Source: Lama glama
Lineage: Eukaryota
NCBI GenBank assembly: GCA_028534125.1
Contig: CM052816.1
Span: 18,478,001 to 18,542,000 of the forward strand
Length of the DNA: 64,000 nucleotides
Direction: 5' to 3'
The notes beneath the pieces were generated by a model, which saw nothing but the letters and a program-made list of their open reading frames with translations, was not told where the DNA came from and did not search any database. Every line of letters begins with the position of its first letter. The stretch's first letter is position 1. The translations under genes and the position numbers were made by a program. Below, one piece after another: positions 1 to 14,329 of this stretch.

Positions 1-272
1 ATGTTCCAGGTTAAGATCAATGCTAAACTTCTGAACTGGGGCACAATACTTACTCTGCATCTTTCACAACACTTTTGAGAGTTAATCACATGAACATGAA
101 TACAAACAAATGTAGATTTATCACAAAATACAAATGTATTGGTCACAATTATGTAGAAAAAAAACAGGTTGTAACATCTGTTTTCCATGTAAGCTCACAG
201 TATCTGTACTGAAAGTTTCCCTAAAATTAAAACAAGTCCACTAATAATGTAGTTGAAAAATATACTTCTGCA
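1..272 (-). other. SMAD5: SMAD5 3'UTR, proximal part
   Basis: Directly follows the TAG stop at 275-273 on the minus strand; AT-rich. Confidence 0.9.
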
Positions 273-416
<144 letters not shown>

Positions 417-1710
417 CTATGGAAATGAATAGCACAGCAAAATGCTCTTTAAACTGTCAATCAGTCTAAATCAATTTTAACACAGTAACAAAAATACACT
501 TTAACAGTAGAGATATGTAGAATATACTTAAAGGAAAAACTACCATAAAAACCAATCTTAGCATTCACTATGGAATTAAAAGCAACACAATAGTTGCATC
601 ATTATATTAACATATAAGCCCCTGGAGCAAGATATGTTAAGTTCACAGTAGATTTTGTTAACAAAACGTATTTGATTTTCAGGTTTTTTTCTTTGAGTAT
701 CAGATAAGGCACTGTAGATGTGATCAATGCATATAAATGTAATTAAAGTGGCAATCACATATCATTATCTTTTAAGATGGGAAAATACTGGGATGAACTG
801 AGCTGGAACACTTCAGCTTAAAACTCCAAAGAGTAAAACAGAGTTTTTTCACTTTTATTTGCCTGGATTTATCAAGCTCCCTGCTTTACTGCTTATAGTA
901 GTTCTGGCCTAGGAAAATTAGGCAGGTGTGGCAGGGGTGAAATGGGGGTAGTAGATTAAATATGCAAAAGTCAAGTCTCTATAGCGGGGAAGGGAAATGC
1001 CTTCAGGACTATTGATAAACTGCTGCATAAACGGACCTATAACAAAGCAGCAAGGAAAATACTGGGTTGTGGGACTGTGGGCCAAAAAGAAAAAAACTAC
1101 ACACAGCATTTGACACTAACTCTTCTTTTGCTAAATCCTAACGATCAAGTCGACACAGCCTAAGTTGTTTAAATATATCACTAAAATTCTTTCCAGATTT
1201 TGCTCATGAACCATCATCTTTGGAATGCCAATAAAATTAGGCCAAGAGCAAATGATAAACTTGAAAAGTTCTTTGAACCAAACTTCCTTAAAAATAAATT
1301 CTTAGTAACAGAGCTTAGACACAAGGAAAACAATTTTAGTACTGTAAAGAATTCTTTCAGTCAATCTAATGGATCTAATAATATCTGAAACTACTGAAGC
1401 TAAGGAACTTAAGCAATTCTAATATTAAATACTTTCTGTTATTTAGTCTTTAACTGAGATCGTTATAAACTCAGCCTCTATTCAATATCAAAATTAGTAT
1501 CTGTATCAGGCTCTTTGTAATGTCTGGATTATAAAATAATCTAAGACCAATCATGTCATTTAAATTATAAATTAAAGAATTTTATTTAAAAACTTATTAA
1601 ATCAGGTCAAAAGTAATTACCACCTTTCACCTAACAAAGACTTCTAAAAATTTTAACCTACAAACTTATAATATACACATTTACAGTGACTCAAATTAAG
1701 CTACAGGTCA

Positions 1711-1980
<270 letters not shown>

Positions 1981-3709
1981 TTAAAAAGACAGGCAGTACA
2001 AGCGTCAACAGAACAAAGTAGTATAATGAAAAAAGGTTGTTGTACGAGGCGAGACAAAGAACAACCACTATAGCAACAGTCCTTAGATAGAAGCTACCAC
2101 TAGATGGCCTTATGCTGCCAAAGATAATCAAGAGGTAAATGTTTGCCTACATCTAAAGTGATCCTCAAATAACTAAGACTTAAGCCTCAAGTTGGCAGCA
2201 TTTTAGGTTATCAGTTTTCAAGTTTTTTTTTTCCCCTTCTCTAACAATCATTTGTGATTTCTATGAGGAGAAGCAACGGCAAAAAGTCCCCCAAAAAGCA
2301 CCTTATTAGAAGTCCTTTCAAAAGAATGCCTGGTGCTATCAACTATCAAGAATACTTACTTGGTAAAGAGTTTTGCATTCTTTTTGCCAATGGAAAGGAC
2401 AGCAGCATTAAAAAACAAAAAAACAAAAAAACACTAAATTACATATGTAATTTCAAGTCAGAGGAAGAGACTTCAAAGGGCAGATTTATTTTACTGTACT
2501 TTAAAAAAGTTTTTGGGATTTAAAAAATACATCAACATTATACAAATTTAGGTTTAATATTTTAAAATTCAAGCTACATAGCTAAAACTGAAGTTGTTCC
2601 CAACTTTTCACTACTGCAAACAGAGCTAAAAAAGACCATTGTACATACACACTTCTGCACACATGTGTGTCACAGACTGGCACCAGGCTGTGATATTAAA
2701 AACCATGTTTTGTTTCTGAGCAAATAAAAATAATCTGTGGAAAAAAGGGTCCTAGAACTGTATACTGGGAATAAAGGGGAAATTGATTCTAGAATTTAAG
2801 AATTCACCAAGTAGGTTTCTCTCAAATTACTCTACTTCAGTACGAAAAATCAATGCATAGAAGTGAGGCATTTTACCTAAAACACATGGCAAGTTGACAG
2901 TTAAGTCAAAAAAGAATGGAAACCTTTCCAACCTATTTTTGATCATGGTATTTTTCTGAATCTTTTCCATTAAGAAATCACATCACAATTACAGTTTTTT
3001 ACCTTTTGTTCCTAATCTGGACCAAGATTTTCTCAAGTAAAAGAAGCAAAAAGTAGCAAGTGGCAGAAACAAAACTTCTTAAAAGACAGGCAAACCACTC
3101 TACCTAGGATAGGTTTACTTCCCAACCATCTGATGCATGAGACACAGACATTGCATTGTAATGTTTTTGGAAAGTTGCTTGTTTGCTGCAGCAACTGTCT
3201 AGTAGGATGAATTATAAATAAAACCTTGTTACCTGAATTGAAAAGGTGGGAGGAATGGCAGTGAAGCCACTGAGGACTGACATCATTCCAACTGGATTTC
3301 CTACCAGTTACCCTGTTCCTCCACATAATGTAAATGCTTACAACTCATTTCAACTCAAAATTTTCCACAAATACTGTAATTTAAAAATTCTAATCTTCAC
3401 CAGCTCTCATATATTCCACAAAAATTTGTTGTATATGTACTGAGACAGGCATGGTTCTAGCTGCTGAAGATACTGTTGTGAACAACATAAATTCCTGTAA
3501 ATATATTATATTCCAGTCAAGAAGACACTCAAAAAAAGAACAACAACAACAACAAAACCATAGAAATGGTATGATTTCAGAACCTAAGTGGTGTGATTTC
3601 AGAACAAAGAAGAAAAAACACGCAGGATAAAGAGAAGATGACTGATTATGTCTCTATTTAAATCTGCAACTTGAAGGCAGAAAGGCCTTGAGCTTCTTTG
3701 TGTGCCCTA

Positions 3710-4120
<411 letters not shown>

Positions 4121-4359
4121 TCAGATATTTCACTGAAGTCTCACTGTCCTTCCTGACTTTTAGTCTGTATCAAAAAACAATTTTAAAATTATACAAATAC
4201 AAGGATAGGCAACATCACATTTTAAAATGTTTTTCTAGTAGACTCTAATCCAGGTTTAAATTTGAGATGATAAACCTGTTTAAACAAACTGAAAGATTTA
4301 ACTATACAAGTATCTGTAAAATTATTTTAAACAAAAATTTGAACTAAAAAAAACTAAGT

Positions 4360-6715
4360 GAGACTCTCAACAAACTAGGAATAGAAGGGAACTTCTTCAA
4401 CTTAATATGAAGAACATTTACAAAAAACCTACAGCTGACATCATACTTAATGGTGAAAAACCAGAAGCTTTTCTGTTGAGATCAACAACAAGACAAGAAC
4501 GTTTTCACCACTCTCTTTCAACACCATACTGGAAGTCCTAGCTAAAGCAGTAAGACAAGGAAAGGAAATAAAAGGTATACAGATTGAGAAGGAAAACACA
4601 AAATTGTCTTTGTTCACAAATGATATGAGTGTCTACGTAGAAAATCTGAAAGGACTGACAAAAAAATTCCTGGAACTAATAAGCAATTATAGCAAGGATG
4701 TAAGGTTAATATACAAAAGTCAATCACTTTCCTATATATCAGCAATAAACAAACAGAATTTAACATTAAAAACTCATTATCATTTATATTAGCACCCAAA
4801 AAATGAAATACTTAGGTCGAAACTAAACAAAATAGATATAAGATCTATGAGGAAACTATGAAACTCGAAAGTAAAAAGTTAAATAGCTATATAAACATGG
4901 AGATATAATTTAGACCATGTTCATGAGCAGGAAGCCTCTATATTCTCAACATGCCAGTTCTTCCCAACGTGACCTATAGTCAATAAAATTCCAATCAAAA
5001 TCCCAGCAAATCTTGTTGAAATCGAAAAACTGATCCTAAAGTTTACATGAGGAGGCAAAAAGACCCAGAATAGCCAACACAATATTGAAGAACAAAACTG
5101 GAAGGTTAATACTATCCAACCTAAAGACTTGCTATTAAGTAATCAAGATAGTGTAGCACTGGCAAAAGAATAGACAGATAGATCAAAGTAACAGAATAGA
5201 GAGCCCAGAAATAGATCCACATAAAAATACTTAACTGATCCTTGAAGGATCTCCATTATTTCTCCAGTAATAGGAAAAAGACAGTCTTCTCAACAAATGG
5301 TACAAGAAGTGACATTCACATGCAAAAAAAAAAAAAATGAACCTAAACACAGTATCTTACACTCTTCACAAAAATTACCTCAAAATGGATCACAGACCTA
5401 AATGTAAAATGCAAAACTAAAGAACTCTAGGAGGTAACACAAGAGAAAACCTAAATGACCCTGAAACTGGTGCTGACTTTTTAGATACAACACCAAGGCA
5501 CAATCCATGAAACAAATAACTGATAAGATAGACTTCATTAAAAGTTAAAAACTTCTGCTCTGCAGAAGACACTGTCAAGAAAATGAGAACACAAGCCACA
5601 GAAGGGAGAAAATATTTGCAGAAGACATATCTGATAAAAGACTGTTATCTAAAATATACCAAGAACTCTTAAAACTCAAGAATGAACAACCAAATTTAAA
5701 AAATTAGTAAAATACATGAACAGACACCTTAATGAAGAAGATATACATATGGCAAGTAAGCATATGAAAAGATGCTCCAAATCATATGTTATCAGGAAAA
5801 TGCAAATTAAAATAGCAAAGAGATACTACAACACACCCATAAGAATGGCCAAAATCCAAAACAATGACAACACCAAATGCTCGTGAGAATGTGGAGCAAT
5901 AAGAACTTTCATTCACTGCTGGTGGGAATGTAAAATGGTACAGTGACCAGTTTACTTGCTCCTTACAAAATTAAACATACTCTTATCATACAATCCAGCA
6001 AATGCATTCCTTGGTATTTACCCAATGGAGTCAAAACATTTTGTCAACATAAAAATTGCACACAGATGTTTGTTTACAGCAGTATTTATTTGTAACTGCC
6101 AAAATTTGAAGCAACCAAGATGTCCTTAAATACGTGAATAGATAAACTGTGGTACACTGTAAACCAGAATAGTATTCAGCACTAAAAAGAAATGCGTCAT
6201 CAAGCCATGAGAAGACATGGCGGGGAGAATTTAGATGAACATTACTAAGAGAAGAAGCCAATCTGAAAACGCTACAATTGTAAGATTCCAATTACATGAC
6301 ATGCTAGAAAAGGCAAAACTATGGAGACAGTAAAAATATCAGTGGTTGCCACAGGTTAGGAGAGAGGGAAGGATGAAGAGGTGAGCACACAGGATTTGTA
6401 GAGCAGTGAAATTATTCTGTATGATACTATAATTACGGATACATGTCATTATTCATGCCGATCCTCAGAATGTACAACATCAAAAATGAATCCTTTGGAA
6501 AAAAAAAAAAGAATGAATCCTAACGTAAATATGGATTTTGGGTGACAATGATGTGTCAATGTAAGTTCATCGACTGTAATAAAGGTACCACTATGGTGCA
6601 GGATGCTGGGGTTGGGGGCTTGTACACGTATTAGGGGAGTGGGTATGTGGGAGTTCTGTACTTTCTGCTCAAATATACTGTAACCTGAAACTGATCTAAA
6701 AAATAAAGTCTGCTG
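4360..6715 (+). mobile_element. Old LINE-1 (L1M-type), 3' part of ORF2 plus 3'UTR, decayed
   Basis: ORF2-like stretches (aaacctacagctgacatcatacttaatggtgaaa; ctggtgggaatgtaaaatggtacag) and an A-rich tail; many stops and frameshifts. Confidence 0.9.
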
Positions 6716-8279
6716 AAAGAAAGAGAGAAAGAGAGAGAGGGAAGAAAGAAGGAAGGAAAAGAAAAAAAAACACAACTAAGTGAGCATATTCTTTGGGTAA
6801 AAGGTAGTATACATTTTAAACGTTAAGTGACAGAACTGCCCAAGGTAAAAGGTTTGTACACAATATAAAATATTGGCCAAATTCTATTAGTGTAAAAGTC
6901 AACAACTCACAATGGACACAACGGATAGGAGGGACACATGGAGATCTTCATGTAGCACTAGTAGGGTGTCTTTCTTGGAGAGGAAATCAGGCAGAAAGTC
7001 ATGGAATCTCAAATTTTCTTTCAAGAAAGGCAGAAATTTAAAGTCTAAGAAAAATTTAAGAGTGGTGACATGGTCTATGTTGGCACTGCAAAAGAATTAG
7101 TTAACTTTAAAAGCTCAATTCTGATTATTCAATCACAAAGACTTCAGATGGGAAGAAGAGAAAAAAATAAACCAGTGAGGACTGAGAGAAGTTCTAACAG
7201 TTCAGATTTTAACAAAATTTATATATAAGATGGAACAAGGAGAAACCCATAAGCAAAGACACAGACAGATGAGTAGCAGGAAGTTATAAGAATAGTGTTC
7301 AGCAAAGAATAAAGCCAAGAATGAGCAGAAGCTTGTAGGGAAAAAAAGCTAAACAAAACAAAAAAGACAATTTTGGTTAGGAAGGAAAAGAAAAGTTTTG
7401 CCTCTGCTCAAGGCAAAGGAAATATTGTTAACTGGTCACTCAAGGCATTGCAGTTTAACTTTGATTTCCCTTTTGTTACTTGTCAAATTAAAAAAGAAAA
7501 AAAAAACAAAATACAACTGAAATGAGAAGCAATTTTGGTGAAAAAAGACATTTACAAGGGTGAGAAGACTTGATTGCCAGGTTCTTCTAAAGGGACTCAG
7601 TTGTTTGGCTAATAAATTATATTCCAAGGACTACCTAATATACAACACTATTAAACTATACTCTCTGATCACTGGAAGATAAGGTGAAAGAAGAAAGGAA
7701 AATGCTAGGTGGGGTAAATATAGTCCATATTTTCACAAGGACGATGATAATATCATTTATTGGGTATTACCTGATGCTGTATGTTAAGATCATTACAGGT
7801 ATCACCAAATTCAATCAACATACTAATAATTTCTGTGTATATATTTTCTCTATTTATTTTACAATTGGAGATTCTTAGACTCAGAGATTTTTTTTAAGGC
7901 TACCCTAAGTTGCAAAGTAAGTAAGTAGAGATGTAGAAATTCATGTTCTGAGACATTTTGCTCTTAATGAAGGTAGAGTCTATGAATTGTCAGCACGTTA
8001 GTATGACAAAATTCCTACATAAATTCTAGACCCTGAAAAAATAAAGATATTATTTAAACATTAACAAGATTATTAGGGAGGGGCCTGAAATTTGACTATT
8101 CTTAGGAATAAGGGCTCCTGGGAAAACACAGTAGGACATACAGTTACTCCATACCATCACAAACACAAACAAAACACAGAGACACCATTCTTTGTCGAAA
8201 TACATAAAATGGCAGTGTCTTACTTACCCTAAACTTGTAACAAACTAGGAAGTTTAAGGTTCAAAGCAAAGTGGCTTTT

Positions 8280-8950
8280 AAACCACAATGAGATACCACT
8301 TCAGACCCATAAGGATGCTATTAACAAGTGTTGGCAAGAGTTGGAGAAATAGGAATCCTACTGCACTACTGGTGACAATGCAATAGTGTAGTCACTAAGG
8401 AAAAATCTGGCAGTTCCTCAAAGAGTTGAACAGAAATATCACAAAATCCAGCAGTTCTACTCCCAGGTTTATAATACCAAATGAATTAAACAGCAGAGAC
8501 TCAGATACCTAAACACCAATGTTCATAGCAGCATTGTTCAGAATAGCCAAAAGGAGTAAACAACCCAAATGTCCATCAACTGATAAACAGATAAACAAAA
8601 TCTGATATATACATACAAAAGAATTTTTTCAGCCTTAAAAAGGAATGCAATTGTAATACATGCTATGATATGGATAAACCTTGAAAACATAATGCTAAGT
8701 GAAATAAGCCAGACACAAAAGGACAAATAGTACATGATTCCACTTAGATGCTGTAACTAGAACAGGCAAATTCACAGATGGAGAGCAGCCGAATGGTAGT
8801 TAACAAGGAGGCAAGGGAAGGGGGAATAGGGAGTTATTATTTAATAGGTACAGAGTTCTGTTTGAGATGATGAAAAAGTTCTGGAAATGGACAGTGGTAA
8901 AGGTTGCACAATACTGTGGATGTACTTAATGCTAATGAATTGTACACTAA
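8280..8950 (+). mobile_element. LINE-1 3' end fragment (L1MB-like)
   Basis: aaccacaatgagataccac...atgctaagtgaaataagccagacacaaaaggacaaat...gatgatgaaaaagttctggaaatgga. Confidence 0.85.
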
Positions 8951-9202
8951 AGGACCCAAAGCAAAAACTAACAGAACTGAAAGTAGAAACAAATCATTCA
9001 ACAATAATCATTGGGGACTTCACTCTCCACTCTCACTAACTGACAGAACAATTAGAAAGAAAATAAGCAAAGACAGAAGATTTGAGCAACACCAATTTCA
9101 TCTAACTGAAATCCATAGATCCTATGACATCCTACAACATCAGAATATACAATTTTTTCAAAAGCACATGGAATATTCTCTAAAAGAGACTATCTGGTCT
9201 GC

Positions 9203-9392
9203 CAGGGACTGGCAAACCTTTTCTGCTCACCAAATCCAGCAACATATGAAAAGGATTATGTATCATGTCCAAGTGCGACGCAAATACTTCAGGTTTGCAC
9301 ACCATGTACTATTTCTGTCATACATTCTTCTTCTTCTTTAACAATCCTTTAATAATGTAAAAACCATTCTCAGGTCACAGGCTGTACAAAAC
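9203..9392 (+). mobile_element. hAT-Charlie MER58-like fragment nested in the L1
   Basis: Terminus cagggactggcaaacctttt and internal aatgtaaaaaccattctcaggtcacaggctgtacaaaa. Confidence 0.6.
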
Positions 9393-11049
9393 ATGCATAA
9401 AACAATCCTCAATAAATTTAAAAGAAATGAAATCATAAAATGTGTTCAATGCTCACAGAAGAATTAAATTAGGACTCAACAGCAGAAGGAAATTTGAGAA
9501 ATCTTGCAATATTTGGAAACTGACTAACATGCTACTAAGTTAATCCATGTGTCAAAGAAGAAATCATAAGGGAAATTTTAAAATATTCTGAACTGAATAA
9601 AAATGAAAACAAACATATCAAAATTTATGGGACACAAAGGCATGTTTAGAGGGAAGTGAATAGTTTTGAACACCTATGTTAAAAAAGAAACAACTCAAGT
9701 TAATAACCTAGGATTCCAGCTTAAGGAACCACAAAAAGAAAAGCAAACCAAACCCAAAGCAAGAAGAGTAAGGTAAGTAAAGATTAGAGTGAAAATCAAT
9801 GAAAAACAGTTGGTTCTTTCAAAAGATCAGCAAAACTGGCAATCCTTTAGCTAAACCAAACGAGAAAAGAAAAAGAACAAGACACAAATTACCAAAATGA
9901 GGAATGAAGACATCACTACCAACTCTTACAGAAATCAGAAAGATCACAAAGGATACAATGAAAAACTTTATGCCAACAAATCAGACAATTCAGATGAAAC
10001 AGAAAAGCTCCTAGAAAGTAACAAATTTATAAAAATGACTCAAGAAAAAAACAAACTCTGAATAGACTAACGTAACAAGTAAAGAAACTGAATCAGTAAT
10101 TAAAAATCTTCCCACAAATAAAAGTCCAAGCCCAAATGGCTTCAGTGGTAAATTCTATCACATATCTAAATAAAAAATAATACCAATGCTTCACAAATTC
10201 TTCCAAAAATAGGAGGGAACACTTCTCACCTCATTCCCTGAGATCACTAATACCTGACAGCAATACCAAACAAAGGCATCACAAGAAAACTATCAATATC
10301 CCTCATGAATATAAAAGTTAATCAGTAGCCCTTATGAATATACAAGCAAAAATACTCAACAAAACATTAGTAAACCTGACCCAGCAATATATAAAGCAGC
10401 ATTATATACCACAACCACATGGGATCTATCCCAGGAATATAAGGCTGGTTTAACATCAGAAAATCAGTTCATATAATAACAACTTATCACTAGAAAAAAG
10501 AACAAAATACCCACATAATCATCTCAGTAGATGTAGAAAAAGCTTTTGACAAAATCCAACATCCATTCATGTAATAATTCTCAACAATCTAAGGAAGAGG
10601 AGAATCATAATTTATCGGCTAGACTCTCCAGAACAATACTGAATAGAAGTAATGAAAGCAGACATCCTTGTCATTTCCAACTATAGATAGAGAGTAATTC
10701 AGTATTTTACCGTTAATTATGATGATAGCTGTAGGTTTTTCATAGATGCCCTTTAATAATAATAATGAGAGGGGTTAAAGGCATCAGATACTGGATAGGA
10801 AAAAAGTAATACCATCATTTATTTTAGATGACATGCTCCTGTATTTAGAACACCTTCAGGAATCCACATAAGCATGTACAAAAAACCTACTAATAAGTGA
10901 GTTTAGCAAAGTTTCAGGATACAAGATTAATATACAAAAATCAATTGTATTTTTTCATAATTAAAAAAATAGCCTTTTTTCTTCCAGTTAAAAGTTGGAA
11001 TAAATATATATTGAGATAAATACATAAATCTATAAATAAATATAAATAT

Positions 11050-11360
11050 ATATTGAGATATAATTGACATACAAAACTGTATACGTTTAAGGTGTACAGC
11101 ATGATGATTTCACTTACACATATCATAAAATGATTATCACAATTTAGTGAACATCCATTATCTCATATAGAAACGAAGTTAAAGAAATAGAAAAAAATTT
11201 TTTCCTTGTGATGACAACTCTCAGGATTTATTCTCTTAACTACTTTCATATACAACATACAGCAGTGTTAATTGTATTTATCATGTTGTACATTACATTC
11301 CTCAAACTTATTTATCTTGTAACTGGAAGTTTGTACCTTTTGACTGCCTTAATCCAATCC
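11050..11360 (-). mobile_element. LINE-1 3' end (L1MA-like) inserted in the opposite orientation within the older L1
   Basis: attgagatataattgacatac...cttatttatcttgtaactggaagtttgtaccttttgac. Confidence 0.8.
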
Positions 11361-13027
11361 ACTATATTTCTACCTACTAATAATAATGAAAAATCTAAAC
11401 ATGAAATTAAAAAATTCTATTCAGTTAGGAATAAAGTTAAGAACAAAAGCAAAAGTAAAAGACACTGAAAATTGAGAAGATCTAAATAAATGGAGAGACA
11501 CTTCATGTTCATGTACTAGAAGATGATTGCAAATCTCCCCAAATTGATTTAGTGATTCAATGTGACCTCTATCAAAATCCAAGGAAGGGTTTGTAGGGGA
11601 CAAAAATTGATAAACTGATACTAAAATAACATGGAAATATGCAAAGAATGCAGACTTATCAAATACTTTTGAAGAAGAACAAAGTTGGAAGACCAATACT
11701 TCTCATTTTTAAAACTTACTAAAAAGCTTTAGTAATCAAGACTATGAGGTATTCATATACAAGTCAGTGAACAAAACAGAGTTCTGAAACTCTTACATTT
11801 AGTGATTACCATCATAATTTCTGAAAGATACTAAGGCAATTCAATGGAAAACTGTTAACTTTTCAACAAACAATGCTAGAACCAACTGGGTATCTACTTG
11901 CACAAAGATGAATTTAGACCTTTACTGTATAAAAAGATAAACTCAAAAAGAAACATAGACCTAAATGTAAGAGTTAAACAACTTTCAGAAGTAAACAGAG
12001 GCGAATAATTTTTATGATATTGGGACAAAGATTTTTTAGATGCAACACCAAAATCATAATCCAGAAAAGAAAAAACTGATAAAACTGGACTTTATCAAAA
12101 CTAAACACTTTTGTGTGTCAAAAGACATCATTAAGAAAATGAAAAGACAATTAAGACTGAGAGAAAAGATTTGTAAATCATATATTCCATAAAGGACTCC
12201 TATTCAGAATATATAAAGAACTCTTAACAACTCAGTAATAAGACAAACAACCCAATTAAAAAACAGGCAAAATATTTAAATAACACTTCACCAAAGAAGA
12301 CACATGAGTGGCTAATTAGTACATAAAAAGTGTTCAACATCATTACTCATTAGGGAAACGCAAATTAAAACAAATGAGATGCCACTTCACACCCTCTAAA
12401 ATGTCTATAATCAAAAAGACAAATGATAACAAGTATTAGAAAGATGCGGAAAAACTGGAACCCTCATTTTACTGGTTAAAAAAAAAAAACAGTATTGCCA
12501 CTTTACAGAACTTTGGCAGTTTTTCCTAAATAATCCAATTTACCATACAACTCAGAAAAATAAAAACAATGTCCACACAAAGACTTACATGCAACTGTTC
12601 TTAACAGCACTGTTCATACTAGCTCAAAACTAGAAACAGTTCAAATGCCCATCAACTGATAGAGGGATAAATAAAATGTGGTACATCCGTACAATGAAAT
12701 ACTTGCTCAGCAATAAAAAAGAAAAAACTATTGAGACGTGCTGCAACATGGATGAATCTTGAAAACACTATGCTAAGTGAAAGAAGCCAGATGCAAAAGA
12801 CTACACATTCTGTGATTCCATTTATATGAAATGTTGAGAAAAGGCAAATCTACAGGCACAGAAAACAGCTTACAAAATTTCTGGGGCAGGGATAGAAGCG
12901 GGGGTGACACAAGGGATATTTTTAGAGGGTTATAGAAATGTTCCAAAACTAGACTGTGGTGGTAGTGTAAACCTTTATATATTTACTAAAAATCACTGAG
13001 TCATACACTTAAAATGGATCCATTTTA

Positions 13028-13315
<288 letters not shown>

Positions 13316-14329
13316 CTAAAAGCATTAGAAAATTCCTAAGATTACCAGCAGGATTCATTACTGAATATCACAGACACACAAAAACACAGGATGCTATCTT
13401 GGCGCAAAGGAAAAGGAGAAAAAACAACACACCCATTAGCTACTGAAAACCTACTACAAGTCCACGTGTATTTGATCCAATCCAGAATTGTGAGATCACA
13501 GCTAAAATTCAGTAAAATAGAATTCAAGGTCAAGAATTTATCTTAGGCCATTGATTATCCTAGTTTAGATATATATCTACAGAGGCATTTTAAAATTATC
13601 AACATCATCACATACTGTATAATAATGTTATTTAAAACTGGAAAATAAAACTATCTTCTCTTTGAAAATTTGCCAACAACACAAACAGCAATTCTTTTGC
13701 AATGTCTTAAAATGGCTGTTGTGTCCTATTAAATGGCTAAGTAACTCTCTTAGAAAACTGAATATGAACCAGAAAACCTTTTGAGCTTCAACACTTGTGC
13801 TTGAAAACCTTTGCAAAATGTATTTCTTTGGATATTTTACTTTGCATGTTGTTTACCTGTATACACAAGTATACAAAAATATACTTTGTCTCAATTAACT
13901 ATAAATACTAAATAAATCTGTCTTTTACCTCAAGGTCTGTATAAGATGTATTTTGAGAAAGAGCTACAATCAGCACTGAATCTAGGACAAAGTATAAAAA
14001 TTAGTTTTTGAACACCTAATACCAAGTTAAACAGTTGATATTTAATTCTTCTTTGAAAAAAAATTTCATCAGTTGATATTTTGCTACAGTAGAGGAATCA
14101 CAAAGTATATACTTACATATGACTCTGCCTGCAAGAGTAGGCATTCTAGTATTTCTTGACAGTGATATAATGAGGTATCCATACAAAACATGCATGCCAT
14201 TAACAAAATTTTGGAACTTTAAAAATCTACTCTGATCTTTCTCCAGGCAAATCAGTGTATCAGTTATCTAAGTAAAGTTAATGGGGTTCACTTCAACCTA
14301 CCAAAGTATAAAATGATTTGACAAGCAAT

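Noticed and set aside
13..27. miR-155-like site in the proximal 3'UTR
   Set aside because: The minus strand reads AGCATTG, not the seed match AGCATTA.
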